This document shows positions 24,038-37,000 of a stretch of DNA of 64,000 nucleotides, piece after piece (positions within the stretch are counted from its first letter, which is position 1; each line of letters starts with the position of its first letter). The stretch is from Anaeramoeba ignava BMAN (Eukaryota; Protista; Anaeramoebae). Position numbers and translations under genes: made by a program. The notes under the pieces were generated by a model. That model had not been told where the DNA came from. It saw only the letters and a program-made list of their open reading frames with translations, and searched no databases. The DNA lies in NCBI GenBank assembly GCA_028826165.1, contig JAPDFW010000147.1, positions 434,001-498,000 of the forward strand. The letters are read 5' to 3'.

Positions 24038-27000
24038 ATGGAAGATGTAATTTATTTATTAATTAATTTATTAATTTGATCGAAATTTAAAATGAAAACT
24101 TATTTTTATAATTTCTTTTATTGAATAAATTTTTAAAAGCTTACAAATGAACTTTTTACAGCAACAGAAAATCAAGATGCTGAAAAAATTCAAGAATTAA
24201 TAAAGAGAGGAGCTGATTTAGATCTTGAAAAAAGTGTAAAAAAAATTTTTTTAAATTTTCATTTAAATTCCTTTTTTTGCTTTCAAATTGTTTAAAAATA
24301 ACTTTTAATTTTAATTTATATTTTATGAAAGTTTTTTTTAAAAGAATAAATTCCCAAAAAATCAAAATAACAATAAAATCTAAAACAAAAACAACAATAA
24401 CAACAAAAATAAAATCAAAATCAAAATCAAAAACAAAAACAAAAACAAAATCAAAAATAAAAATCAAAATCAAAATCAAAAACAAAAACAAAAACAAAAA
24501 CAAAATCAATAACAATAAAAATCAAAATAAAAAACAAAATCAAAAACAAAAACAAAAACAAAAACAAAAATAAAAACAAAAACAAAAACAAAAACAAAAA
24601 CAAAAACAAAAACAAAAACAAAAACAAAAACAAAAACAAAAATAAAAACAAAAACAAAAATAACAATAAAATCTAAAACAAAAATAAAAACAAAAATAAC
24701 AATAAAAAACAAAATCAAAATCAAAATCAAAAACAAAAATAAAATCTAAAACAAAAACAAAAACAAAAACAAAAACAAAAACAAATCAATTAATATTTAA
24801 AAAATGATTTGCGAAGTTTTTTTCTTTTCTTTTCTTTTAATTTCTATTATTACTTCTTTTTAAAATTGAATCTTTACAACGATCACTTTTTTTTTTCTTT
24901 TTGAAAGCAAAAAAAAGAAACAAAAAAAATAACAACAACAAAAAACAATTTATTAAAATTATTGTTTGGTTTTATTTTTCTAGCATGTAAAAGAAATAAC
25001 TTATTTAAATAATTGAAAAAGTTTTTTTTTGATTTTTTTTAATTTTTTTTTCATCTTGTATTACTATAAATTTATAAAGGGTTGGACACCTCTTTTAATT
25101 GCAAGTCAAGAAGGATTTCTTGAAATTGTTGCTCTTTTATTATCACATGGTGCTGATGTTAATCATCAAAATGATGTAAATTTACAAAACAAAATTTTTA
25201 AATTAAAAACAATATAAAATTCCACAAAAATTAAAATTAAAAAATAAAATTAAAAAATAAAACAACAAAGAATTGAATATACAAATATTGCAAATCTTTA
25301 AAATTATAAATAAAATTAATATTAAAATTAAAATTAAAATTAAAATTAAAATTAAAATTAAAATTAAAATTAAAATTAAAATTAAAATTAAATTTAAAAT
25401 TCAAATTAAAATTAAAATTAAAATTAAAATTAAAATTAAAATTAAAATTAAAATTAAAATTAAAATTAAAATTAAAATTAAAATTAAAATTAAAATTAAA
25501 ATTAAAATTAAAATTAAAAATTAAAATTAAAATTAAAATTAAAATTAAAATTAAAATTAAAATTAAAATTAAAATTAAAAATTAAAATTAAAATTAAAAT
25601 TATATTAAAATTAAAATTAAAATTAAAATTAAAATTAAAATTAAAAATTAAAATTAAAAATTAAAATTAAAATTTAAAATTAAAATTAAAATAATTAAAA
25701 TTAAAATTAAAATTAAAATTAAAATTAAAATTAAAATTAAAATTAAAATTAAAATTAAAATTAAAATAATTAAAATTAAAATAATTAAAATTAAAATTAA
25801 AATTAAAATTAAAATTAAAATTAAAATTAAAATTAAAATTAAAATTTAAAATTAAAATTAAAATTAAAATTAAAATTAAAAATTAAAATTAAATTTAAAA
25901 TCATAATTAAAATTAAATTTAAAATTAAAATTAAAATTAAATTAAAATTAAAATCAAAATTAAAATTAAATTCAAAATTAAAATTAAAATTAAAATTAAA
26001 ATCAAAATCAAAATTTAAAATTAAAATTAAATAGAATGTAAATTTTTTATTAAATTTTAAAAGAAAAGCTTAAATCAAAAAAAAATATAACAAATTTTAA
26101 ATGATTAACTTATTTAATGAAATAGGGAGCCTCAGCACTTTATATCGCAAGTCAAGAAGGACATTTAGAGGTTGTTAAAGAATTACTTTCACATAAATGT
26201 GATGTTAACCAAAGAAATCTTGTTCGTTTAATTTTTTTAAAAAACAACTCAAATTTCAAATTTTGAATAATTTATATATTTATTTATAATTTTTTAGAAT
26301 GTAAAAACAAAATTTAATTAAATTTAATAAGAATTTGTTTATGTTTATTAATTTCTTTTTATAATTCAAGGATGCAACACCCCTTTTAATTGCAAGCCAA
26401 GAAGGACATCTTGAAATTGTGAAAGAATTACTTGAACATGGTGCAGACATGGAAGTTATTGATAAAGTAATTTTCAAATTTAAAGAAAAATAAAAATAAA
26501 ATTAATAATTAAAAATTAATAGGAAGTAAATTTTTAAAAAAATTTTTTGAGTTTTAATTTTAATTTTAATTTTGATTTTAATTTTGGAAAATAGAATGTA
26601 ATTTTTTATTATTTTCAATTTTTTTTTTTCGATTAAATTTAGTAAATTTCTTTTTTTTTTAAAAGGGTGATAATCCACTTCAATATGCAGTTACAAATGG
26701 ACATATTAGTATTGTAAAAGAATTATTAGCACGAGGAGCACAGATCGATTGCCAAGATACAGTATGAATAATAAATAATTAGAAATGAATAAAAATAAAA
26801 GGAAATTTTAATTTTTAATTAATTAATTATTTTTAATTATTTTTAGTATGTAAAATTATTTCAATAAATTTTTTTCAGTTTTAGAAATGGAATTTATTTA
26901 TTTATTTATTTTTTTTTTTTAGGGAGATACTCCATTAATTTTAGCTTGCGATTCTGGTTATGAAGAAATAGTTCAATTATTATTAGATAAAGGTGCTGAT

Positions 27001-27302
27001 ACATCAATTAAAAATTCTGTTTGTTTCAAAATGAATTTTAAATTTTAATTTTAATTTTAATTTAATTTTATTTTATATTATTAGAGTGTAAATTGATCAA
27101 TTTTAGATTTATATTTTTTTAATAGATAAGAAAAATAATTGATTTAAATTGATTTAATTTCATAAATTAGGGAAAAACTGCTCTTTCTTCTGCTAAAACA
27201 ACAGAAATTAAAAACATATTAAAAAATGCTCGAAAAAACTCACAAGCAGGCAATGGAAAGTCAAAAGGACCATTTTGCTCTTGTTTTACAAGCAAAAATT
27301 AA
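24038..27302 (+). CDS. Ankyrin-repeat protein encoded by 14 exons, including six 3-nt micro-exons
   Basis: Exons 24038-24046, 24140-24235, [24984-24986], 25080-25175, [26035-26037], 26126-26221, [26298-26300], 26371-26466, [26595-26597], 26666-26761, [26847-26849], 26923-27018, [27085-27087] and 27171-27302. All introns are GT-AG, phase 0. Repeats such as GWTPLLIASQEGFLEIVALLLSHGADVN. Confidence 0.93.
25320..26030 (+). repeat. (AAAATT)n microsatellite inside an ankyrin-gene intron
   Basis: Near-perfect hexamer run ending immediately before the acceptor AG at 26033-26034. Confidence 0.95.
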
Positions 27303-27665
27303 ATTCCTTTTCTTTCTTTCTTTCATTCTTTCATCCCTTCTTTTTTTCTTTTTAAATTGAATTTGATTTTGAATTTCTTTTTCTTTTCAAATTTCCCTTT
27401 AATTTTACTCTTAATTTTTACGTTTTTTTTTCATTTTGGTTTAACCACAAAAAAAAAAAAAAACAACCAGAAATTGTTATTCAATGACAAGAATAAATAA
27501 TATCAAAACGAATTTAAATTTATTAAATTTTCAAATCCAAAAAAAAAAGAAAAAGAAAAAGAAAAAGAATTTTTTTCATTTTTTTTCTTTCTTCTTTTTA
27601 ATCTAAAAAATAAATTAAAAAATAAAAAGAGAAGAAAAGAAATAATTTTAATTTTGTATTTATTT

Positions 27666-28430
27666 ATGAAAAAAATAACTGACTTAAAACAATTAAAAGA
27701 AAAATATCGATATAAAACTGAAGATGAAACTTGTCCAATTTGTAAATCAAAATATCAAGATCAAACAATGTTAGATAAATGTTTCCATTCCTTTTGTTTT
27801 ACATGCATTGGATCTTGGGCAAAGATATCACAATTATGTCCGTTGTGTAAATCAAAATACACATCAGTTATTCATAATATTGTTGCTGATTCTGAATTCA
27901 AAAGAATTCCGATTGAAGAATTTCGAAAAATTGATTTAAAAAATTTTTCAAATCAAAAAAATATGGAAAAAAATCCTTTTATGATTTGCAACATTGAAGA
28001 CTATAAAAGAATGCTTTATAACTTTTATTTTGACCCTGTTTTCGAATTTGTTGAAAAAACAAGTTCTTTTGATATTCAACAGTTTCCAAAACTGCAAAAA
28101 AGAATAAAAGATTTTGTTCATTTTGAATTGAAGTTTGTTTTAGAATCTTTTGGATTTAATAATGAAAAGGAAAAAAATATCCAAAAACAAAATCAAGACA
28201 GTAATTTTGATATAATTATGGATTATATAATTTCCGTTATTTTTGAATTTGGAGTTGATGAAGAAATTTTAAAGAAAAAATTAACTGAATTTCTTTTTGA
28301 AAAAACAAACATATTTATAAAGGAATTAATGGCTTTTTTGCATGTAAATGAAGAGTTAGAGAATTATAATAGGAAATTAATAGAGATTATAAAAGAAATT
28401 ATTTTAGGAAAAGAAGAAAAAGAAAAATAA
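27666..28430 (+). CDS. C3HC4 RING E3 ubiquitin ligase, Topors-like
   Basis: CPIC..LDKCFHSFCFTCIGSW....CPLCK....VIHNI, plus a C-terminal PWI-like segment (LTEFLFEKTNIFIKELMAF). The ATG is at 27666; the ORF track starts at an upstream TTG. Confidence 0.85.
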   Translation: MKKITDLKQLKEKYRYKTEDETCPICKSKYQDQTMLDKCFHSFCFTCIGSWAKISQLCPLCKSKYTSVIHNIVADSEFKRIPIEEFRKIDLKNFSNQKNMEKNPFMICNIEDYKRMLYNFYFDPVFEFVEKTSSFDIQQFPKLQKRIKDFVHFELKFVLESFGFNNEKEKNIQKQNQDSNFDIIMDYIISVIFEFGVDEEILKKKLTEFLFEKTNIFIKELMAFLHVNEELENYNRKLIEIIKEIILGKEEKEK

Positions 28431-28600
28431 AATAAAATAAAATAATAATTAGTAATAAATATAAAAAAATGAATAATTTATTTATTTTTCTCCTTTTATT
28501 TTTTTTTCTCCTTTAAAAAAATTAAATTTTTTTTTCATTTTTTTTTTCATTTTTTTCTTTTCAAAAGTAAAAACAAAAGTAAAACGTTTATTATTTTTTC

Positions 28601-31600
28601 ATGGAACAAAATCCTACTGTAAGTATTTAAAATAAAAAAAAATAAACTTCAAATTAAAAATTCAAATTAAAACCTCAAATTAAAAAATAACGGAAAAATA
28701 AATTTCTTTTTTTTTTCTTTTTCTTTTTTTTCCATGTTTCAAAATAGGCACTTAAACTTAAAAATCTTGGTAACACAGCTTTTGGACAAGGAAATTGGAA
28801 AAAAGCAATAGAATACTTTTTGCAAGCAATTGAAGTTGATCCAACAAATCATATACTTTTCTCAAATCTCAGCGCAGCATATTTAAAAGATGGACAAAAT
28901 GAGAAGGCGTTAGAAGCAGCCGAAAAATGTGTTTCCTTATCTCCGAACTGGGCAAAAGGATATGGCCGAAAGGGATCAGCACTGTTTTATCTTCAAAAAT
29001 ATCCCGAAGCTTACTCCGCATATCAAGCTGGTCTCAATATCGAACCGGATAATGCGATACTACTTGATGGTAGGAAACAAACTGAGCAGGTACTTATGGA
29101 ACAGCAGCAAGCACAAGGTCTGGGAGACTTCCAAGATAAGCTCCAAGTTTTATTTTCTCCAAAAGTTTGGGAAATTGTTCAAAATTCTCCAAAGTTATCC
29201 CCTTATTTGCATGATATTGATTTTAGAAATATGATAGAAGCAATCCAGAAAGACCCTAATTCTGTTCAGAAGTATATCATGGATCAACGTTTGATGCAAT
29301 TGATAAGTGAGATTCTTGGTCTTAATTTTGATGATATACAAAAAGAAACTGAAGCTCAAGAACAAAAAGAAACTGAAGCTCAAGAACAAAAAGAAACTGA
29401 AGTTCAAGAAAAAAAAGAAGATCAAAATTGTAATTTAAATATAAATTTAAATATAAACATAAATATAAATATAAACATAAATATTAATATAAATATAAAT
29501 ATAAATATAAATATAAATTTTAATATAAATATAAATATAAATATAAATATAAATATAAATATAAATATAAATTTAAATATAAATATAAATATAAATATAA
29601 ATATAAATATAAATATAAATATAAATATAAATATAAATATAAATATAAATATAAATATAAATATAAATATAAATATAAATATAAATATAAATATAAATAT
29701 AAATATAAATATAAATATAAATATAAATATAAATATAAATATAAATATAAATATAAATATAAATATAAATATAAACATAAATATAAATATAAATATAAAT
29801 ATAAATATAAATATAAATATAAATATAAATATAAATATAAATATAAATATAAATATAAATATAAATATAAATATAAATATAATTATAAATATAAATATAA
29901 ATATAAATATAAATATAAATATAAATATAAATATAAATATAAATATAAATATAAATATAAATATAAATATAAATATAAAATATATAAATATAAATATAAA
30001 TATAAATATAAATATAAATATAAATATAAATATAAAATTTAAATATAAAATATAACATAAATATAAATATATAAATCTAAAATAAACAAAATATAAATAT
30101 AAATATAAAATAAAAATCTAAATATAAATTTAAATATAAATATAAATAATAAATATAAATATAAATATAAAATATAAATATAAATATAAATATAAATATA
30201 AATATAAATATAAATATAAATATAAATATAAATATAAATATAAATATAAATATAAATATAAATATAAATATAAATATAAATATAAATATAAATATAAATA
30301 TAAATATAAATATAAATTTAAATATAAATATAAATATAAATATAAATATAAATATAATTATAAATATAAATATAAATATAATTTAAATATAAATATAAAT
30401 ATAAATATAAATATTAATTTAAATATTAATTTAAATATAAATATTAATTTAAATAATTTAGTAAATCAAGAACAACCAATGGAACAAGAAAAAGAACAAC
30501 CAATTCAACAAGAACAGGAAAAACAAGAACATCCAGAATTTGAAGGAAATCAACCAAACGAACACTTCAATGAAACCAAAGAACAAAAAGAACAACAAGA
30601 AGAAAATCAAATCAAAAAAGATCAAGCACAAGCAATCAAAGAGAAAGGAAACAAACATTTCCGCAACAAAGAATTCGACAAAGCATTAGAATGTTACGAC
30701 GAGGCCATTACATTATACCCCAACGAAATGAGTTTCTACAACAACAAAGCAGCTGTTTATGTTGAAATGAAAGAGTATGAAAAATGTCACGAAACTCTTG
30801 ATCAAGCAATTGAATATGGACGTAAAATTTATGCACCTTTCCCAGAAATTGCGAAGCTTTTTGCACGTAAAGGAAATGCTTATCGAAAAAACGGAGATTT
30901 AAAGTCAGCAATTGAGATGTATAAGAAATCACTAACTGAAGATCGAACTGCAAGTGTGCTTGATTTATTGAACAAAACGGAAAGAGAATTCAAAGAACAA
31001 GAAAGACTAGCATATTTGGATCCCGAAAAATCATTAGAAGCAAAAAAGCGCGGAAATGAGTTTTTTGGACAACAAAAATATCCGGAAGCAATTAAAGAAT
31101 ATACAGAAGCAATTGCACGCAATCCGGATGATCATATTTTATATAGTAATAGAGCAGCAGCGTATACCAAGCTTGGAGAATATCCCTCGGCAATTAAAGA
31201 CTGTGATAAATGCATTGAATTGGATCCAACATTTATCAAGGGATATATCCGCAAGGGTTTGGCTCATTATTTCGTCAAGGAATACCACAAATCAATCGAG
31301 TATTATGAAAAGGCTCTTTCAATCGATCCTGAAAATCAGGATGCTAAAGATGGTCTTCAACGCACTACAATGAAGATTTATGAGAGTAACCAACGAGCTC
31401 AACAAGGCGATGTTGATGAGGAACAAATTCGTCGTGCTGCTCAAGATCCCGAAATTCAAGCTATTTTGACTGATCCTGCTTTTAGACAAATTATTGAGGA
31501 TATTAATACTAATCCTAGAGCTGCTGATCACCATCTTGCTGATCCTGTTATTCGTCAAAAGCTTGAAAAACTTGCTGCTGCTGGAATTCTTTCTACCAAA

Positions 31601-31609
31601 AGAAAATGA
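28601..31609 (+). CDS. STI1: Hsp70/Hsp90 organising protein STI1/HOP
   Basis: Exons 28601-28618, 28748-29429 and 30462-31609. TPR1-DP1-TPR2A-TPR2B-DP2 architecture: KNLGN, KEKGNKHF, KSLTEDRT, KKRGNEFF, DPEIQAILTDP and KLAAAGIL. Confidence 0.96.
29430..30461 (+). repeat. STI1 intron almost wholly composed of (ATAAAT)n
   Basis: GT at 29430 and AG at 30460-30461 flank about 1 kb of hexamer repeat. Splicing restores the reading frame. Confidence 0.93.
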
Positions 31610-31689
31610 ATGAATCCAAAATTTCCATTCAAATTCCATTTAAATTTACATTTAAATTTACATTTAAATTTCAAATCAATTCCATTTAA

Positions 31690-32722
31690 ATTTCCATTCA
31701 AATTTCAAATCAATTCAAAATAAATTTCAAAATTCAAAATTCAAAATTCAAAATTCAAAATTCAAAATTCAAAATTCAAAATAAATTCAATTCAATTCAA
31801 TTCCAAATAAATTCAATTCAATTCAAAATTCCAAATAAATTCAAAATTCAAAATTCAATTCAATTTTGATTTCCAAATTCAATTCCAAATAAATTCAAAA
31901 TTCAAAATTCAAAATTCAAAATAAATTCAAAATTCAAATTCAATTCAATTTTGATTTCCAAATTCCAAATAAATTCAAAATTCAAAATTCAATTCAATTT
32001 TGATTTCCAAATTCAAAATTCAAAATTCAAAATAAATTCAAAATTCAATTCAATTCAAAATTCAATTCAATTTTGATTTCCAAATTCAATTCCAAATTCA
32101 AAATAAATTCAAAATTCAAAATTCAAAATTCAAAATAAATTCAAAATTCCAAATAAATTCAAAATCCAATTTTGATTTCCAAATTCAAAATAAATTCAAA
32201 ATTCAATTCAATTCAATTCAATTTTGATTTCCAAATTCAAAATTCAAAATTCAAAATAAATTCAAAATTCAATTCAATTCAAAATTCAATTCAATTTTGA
32301 TTTCCAAATTCAATTCAAAATAAATTCAAAATTCAAAATTCAAAATCCAATTTTGATTTCCAAATTCAAAATAAATTCAATTCAATTCAAAATTCAATTC
32401 AATTTTGATTTCCAAATTCAATTCCAAATAAATTCAATTCAATTCAAAATTCAAAATAAATTCAAAATTCAAAATAAATTCAAAATTCAATTCAATTCAA
32501 AATTCAATTCAACTTTGATTTCCAAATTCAAAATAAATTCAATTCAATTCAAAATTCAATTCAACTTTGATTTCCAAATTCAAAATTCAATTCCAAATAA
32601 ATTCAAAATTCAAAATAAATTCAAAATTCAATTCAATTCAAAATTCAAAATTCAAAATAAATTCAAAATTCAAAATTCAAAATTCAAAATTCAAAATTCA
32701 AAATTCAAATTCAAATTCAAAT
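31690..32722. repeat. Compound microsatellite (AAAATTC, AATTC) with recurring TTTTGATTTCCAAATTC motif
   Basis: Directly visible, intergenic between STI1 and the transporter gene. Confidence 0.9.
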
Positions 32723-32920
32723 TAGGAATTGTTTATTTTTTTTAGATTTTTTTCGTTTTAATAGAAATCTGACGAACCAACAAAATCATTTTATTTTCTT
32801 AAAAAAAAAAAAAGAAAAGAAAAAAAAAGAAAATCATTTTTTCATTTTAATTTTTTCATTTTAATTTTTTCATTTTAATTCTAATTTTAATTTTAATTCT
32901 AATTTTCATTCTAAAAAAAA

Positions 32921-33868
32921 ATGTATTCTTTTTCTGGAATATTTTGGATTTCAACTTGGTTCATTTTAAATATTTCTTTAACAATTCTTAACAAATACAT
33001 AATGGTTTTTAATTCATTTCCATTTCCATTAACAATATCATTATCACATATGATAATAACATCAATTTTATCATTACTTAGTTTTAATTTAATAACAAAA
33101 GAAAAAATCAAACCAGAATTTTCACAAGAAAAACTAATGAAATTATTTTTAATGAGCACATTATTTTTATCAAGCATCTCACTTGGAAATACAAGTTTAA
33201 AATACGTTTCAGTTAGTTTTAATCAAGTAATAAGAGCAACAACTCCAGCTATAACTTTGTTTTTATCAGTCATAATTCTCAAGAAAAAATTCACACCTTC
33301 TCATTATCGTTCAGTTTTTATTGTTATAATTGGAGTTATTCTTTCATCTTTTACTGAATTTGATTTCCATTGGATTGGCTTTTTATTAACTTTGTTTGTT
33401 TCTTTTCTTTCTTCTTTGAAATCAATTATAACCGCCAAATTGCTTTGGGATCCAAATGTCGGTTTTCATCCTCTTTATTTTTTATTTACAATCTCTTTTT
33501 TTGCTTCCATTCAACTTTTTATTATCATTTTTTTGACTGGCGAAGCAAAATTAGTTTTTATTCATTTTTTAAATGTTCATAATCCTTTCCAAATTGTTTT
33601 TTCGCTTCTTTTAAGTTCTTTAATTGCCTTTTTATTAAACTTCTCAAATTTCATGTCAACTAAAACAACTTCTCCTTTAACTGTTAATATTTTTGGCAAT
33701 TTAAAACAAGTTTTCACTATTATTTTGTCAGTTCTTATTTTTGAAAATAAAATCTCTTTTTTAAATGCTTTTGGTTCTTTTTGTGCAATTTTAGGTTGTT
33801 TTTGGTATAGTTTAATTGGGAAATTAAATGAAAAAAAATTACCAACTGTTGAAATGAAGAATTATTGA
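32921..33868 (+). CDS. Triose-phosphate/nucleotide-sugar transporter family (TPT, SLC35E-like)
   Basis: Intronless 315 aa with about 10 hydrophobic segments. LNKY....FPFPLTISLSHM, GNTSLKYVSVSFNQVIRATTP and TSPLTVNIFGNLKQV motifs. Confidence 0.93.
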   Translation: MYSFSGIFWISTWFILNISLTILNKYIMVFNSFPFPLTISLSHMIITSILSLLSFNLITKEKIKPEFSQEKLMKLFLMSTLFLSSISLGNTSLKYVSVSFNQVIRATTPAITLFLSVIILKKKFTPSHYRSVFIVIIGVILSSFTEFDFHWIGFLLTLFVSFLSSLKSIITAKLLWDPNVGFHPLYFLFTISFFASIQLFIIIFLTGEAKLVFIHFLNVHNPFQIVFSLLLSSLIAFLLNFSNFMSTKTTSPLTVNIFGNLKQVFTIILSVLIFENKISFLNAFGSFCAILGCFWYSLIGKLNEKKLPTVEMKNY

Positions 33869-34068
33869 ATAATTAAAAATAAAAAAAAATAATTTAAAAA
33901 AGTGGAATTAAAAAGTGGAATTAATTTTTTAATTTTTTAATTATTTCTAACCGTTGAATTTAAATAAAATTTTTTTTTTAATTTTTCTATTTTTTCATTT
34001 TTAATTTTCCAAAAAAATCGTTATTTTAATTTTAATTTTAATTTTAATTTTATTTTAATTTTAATTTT

Positions 34069-37000
34069 ATGACTGAAACCTTTATAATTCCTTCAAATCC
34101 TCAACAACTTCTTGATACTGAAGTTGGATATAGAGTTGAAAATGCAGTTTTTTCTCAAATTCAAGAAATGGAAGAAAATGAAATTCTGAATTCAATTGAA
34201 GAACAAATAAAATTTCTAAAAACAGAAGGATATCATTCACTATTTTCTCATTCTTGCTTTGATATCCTTTACAGTGTCATTTCCAATCTAAATAATTATT
34301 CCACTTTAATCAAAAACAAAATAACAGGAATTTTGACAGCTGGTTTGATTGGATTACTTGCTTCTCTAAAAGCGTTACTTGACACTGGAGAAGAACCCTC
34401 AAATCAATCAAGACGAAGAAGCTCAAAACGCGAACAGATTTCCCAGGATTCTCTTGAGTTTAACGTTCTTAACGCTCACCATAATTCCCTTAAAATGTAC
34501 GTTTTTTTGATCAATTGGATCGTTTCTATTGCTGAGCACCAATTTCAACACCAACAACCAGACAGCACCGTCTCAAAGACCCTTGCCCAAATCAAAAAGA
34601 AGTCTAAAGGAGACAAGCGCAAAAAAGCTCCGCGCACATTGTCCTCTTCCGAATGGGATTGGAAATCTGCAAAAGAGGTCTTATTTTCCTCTCTTTATCC
34701 CGTACTTTTGGATCGCCACGTGGCAGAATTATGGCTATTAGGGCCGCAATTATCGCCAATGGAAGACAACCAAAAAACACCGACAAAGTCCCGCAGACAA
34801 AGCTTGTCGCACTCTGCAGACAAGTTTGGTCAAGATGTTGATGATCAAAACGAACAGGATCAGCAAACTGGATCTCAAATTGATTTCCTTGTTTTGATTG
34901 CCAAAACTTGCTTTAAACTCCTTGAAAATCCCGATATTCTTCATCTCCAAGATCTTAAGAAGCAAATTTCCCATGTTGTTTATATTCTTGTTACTCGTTA
35001 TAACCTCAACGAAATTATCGAAGACCAAATTTTGCAACTTTTGCTTAAATACGAACATTTGCCAAGTATATTTTCCCAGATCCTTCACAACATCCACCAA
35101 AACAGCAGCAAGGCCCGAATTGCTCATAATGTTTTGAATGAGATTGGCAAGATGAATTCGAAATTCTTGTCTCAAAATGCACTTGGAACAAAAAATCTTT
35201 CCCTTTTTCTTCTTGAAATCACAGAATTACTACCTCGTGTTGTGATATCATCTTTAAGCATGCTAATCCAGCATCTTGATTCCGAGTCATATATCATCAG
35301 AAATTCTATTATTGCGCTTTTCGGAAGTCTTATTAATTACAGTAAAAAATTGAGGATCCAAAATGCAGAACAAAATCAAATACAAAATCCAAAAAATGAA
35401 AATTCTTTGGATAAAAGTAATGAAAAAGTATTTGATAACTCAACTCGGGATGCTATACTTGATTTACTTCTCGAAAGATTTAGGGATGTAAGTGCTTATG
35501 TTCGTACTAAAGTTATTCAAGTTTGGACTTCTTTATATCAGTATGTTTTAAGTTAGTTTAATCTCAAAAATAATTTAAAATCAAAATTCATTTATAAAAT
35601 TTAAATTAAAATTTAAATTAAAATTAAAATTAAAATTAAAATTTAAATTAAAATCAATATTAAAATTAAAATTAAAATCAAAATTAAAATTAAAATTAAA
35701 ATCAAAATCAAAATCAAAATCAAAATCAAAATTAAAATCAAAATTAAAATTAAAATTAAAACTAAAATTAAAATAAAAATTAAAATTAAAATTAAAATAA
35801 AAATTAAAATTAAAATTAAAATTAAAATTAAAATTAAAATCAAAATTAAAGAAATGCTGCAATTCCTTTGAAAATCCTTCCTTCATTAATGGATCTTGTA
35901 ATTGATCGACTCCAAGATAAATCTGCTCTTGTTAGAAAAAATGCGATCCAATTTTTAATATCATCTTTGAAATTTAATCCATTTATGGGAACATTGAAAA
36001 AATCAAGAGTCGAATCCAAATTAAAAAAGGCCAAAAAGATGCTTGAAGATTTCCAAAATGGAAATGGAATGCAAAGTTCTGAAAAAGATGAAAAAGATGA
36101 AAAAGATGAAAAAGATGAAAAAGATGAAAAAGAAAAAGAAAAAAAGAAAAAAGAAAAAAAAGAAAAAGAAACAAGAAGAAAAAGAAAAAGCTAAGAATAT
36201 TGACAACCAAAATATTCCACATGAAATTGAGAAACATCTCTTTGTTATCAATTTCTATCAAAGTGCAATCAACTTTATCAACAAAATACACAGTGTAATT
36301 GGAACAATATCTCAACTTCTCTCAAATAAAACAATCACAGATGTAACTGAAAGTATATCCTTTCTTGTAATAGCCTCTCAATTCGGAATTGAAAATGCAT
36401 CAGAAGGAATTCGCAAAATTATGAATTTGGTTTGGTCCAATGAGCCTAAAATTCAAGAACTTGCCCTCAATGCTTGTTATAAACTTTACTTCTCAATTTC
36501 TGATGAAGAAGAAGAAGATCTTCAACAAGACACTTTAGAAAGTCAAAACTCTCGCAAACAAAACTTAAAAGAACCTTCTTCCAAACAAGCACGTTTAATT
36601 GCTCAAAAATTAATCGATTTAATCAAAATTACAAATACTCATGATTTCAAAACAATTGAATACATCATCTCTCAGATGATCCAAAAAAACTTTCTTTCAA
36701 ACAAGGTTGTCGTCCAATTATGGAATATCTTCGAGATGAAAAAAAAAGCAAACCAACAAATCTCAGAAATTGAAAGCACAAATGCAATGATTCTTCTCTC
36801 AATGATTTCGACCAAAAAACCAGGAATCATTCTTCCCAAAATTCCTGTTATTCTTTCAATCGGTCTTGGTCAACGAGCAGTTTCAGATCATCTTTTAGTT
36901 TGTTATGCTTGCAAAACTCTTCAACACATTTCAGATTGTTGTTTAGATTCCCAAAACACAACCCAAATTTGTCCTTTATTTGATCCTGAACATGAAATAT

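Noticed and set aside
29430-30055. Poly-(IN) extension of STI1 shown in ORF 28820-30055
   Set aside because: It is read-through into a GT-AG intron. Splicing 29429 to 30462 restores the canonical HOP architecture.
31860-32580. Recurring TTTTGATTTCCAAATTC with variable spacing, superficially CRISPR-like
   Set aside because: The spacers are themselves AATTC/AAAATTC microsatellite with irregular lengths. The context is eukaryotic and there are no cas genes.
36125-36190. Frameshift in CAP-D2 (also at about 38770, 22320-22400 and 62500-63150) as programmed frameshifting or pseudogenisation
   Set aside because: All breaks fall in A-homopolymer or short-repeat tracts of otherwise intact genes, so sequencing or assembly indels are the simplest explanation. 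Read-level data are needed to exclude real events.
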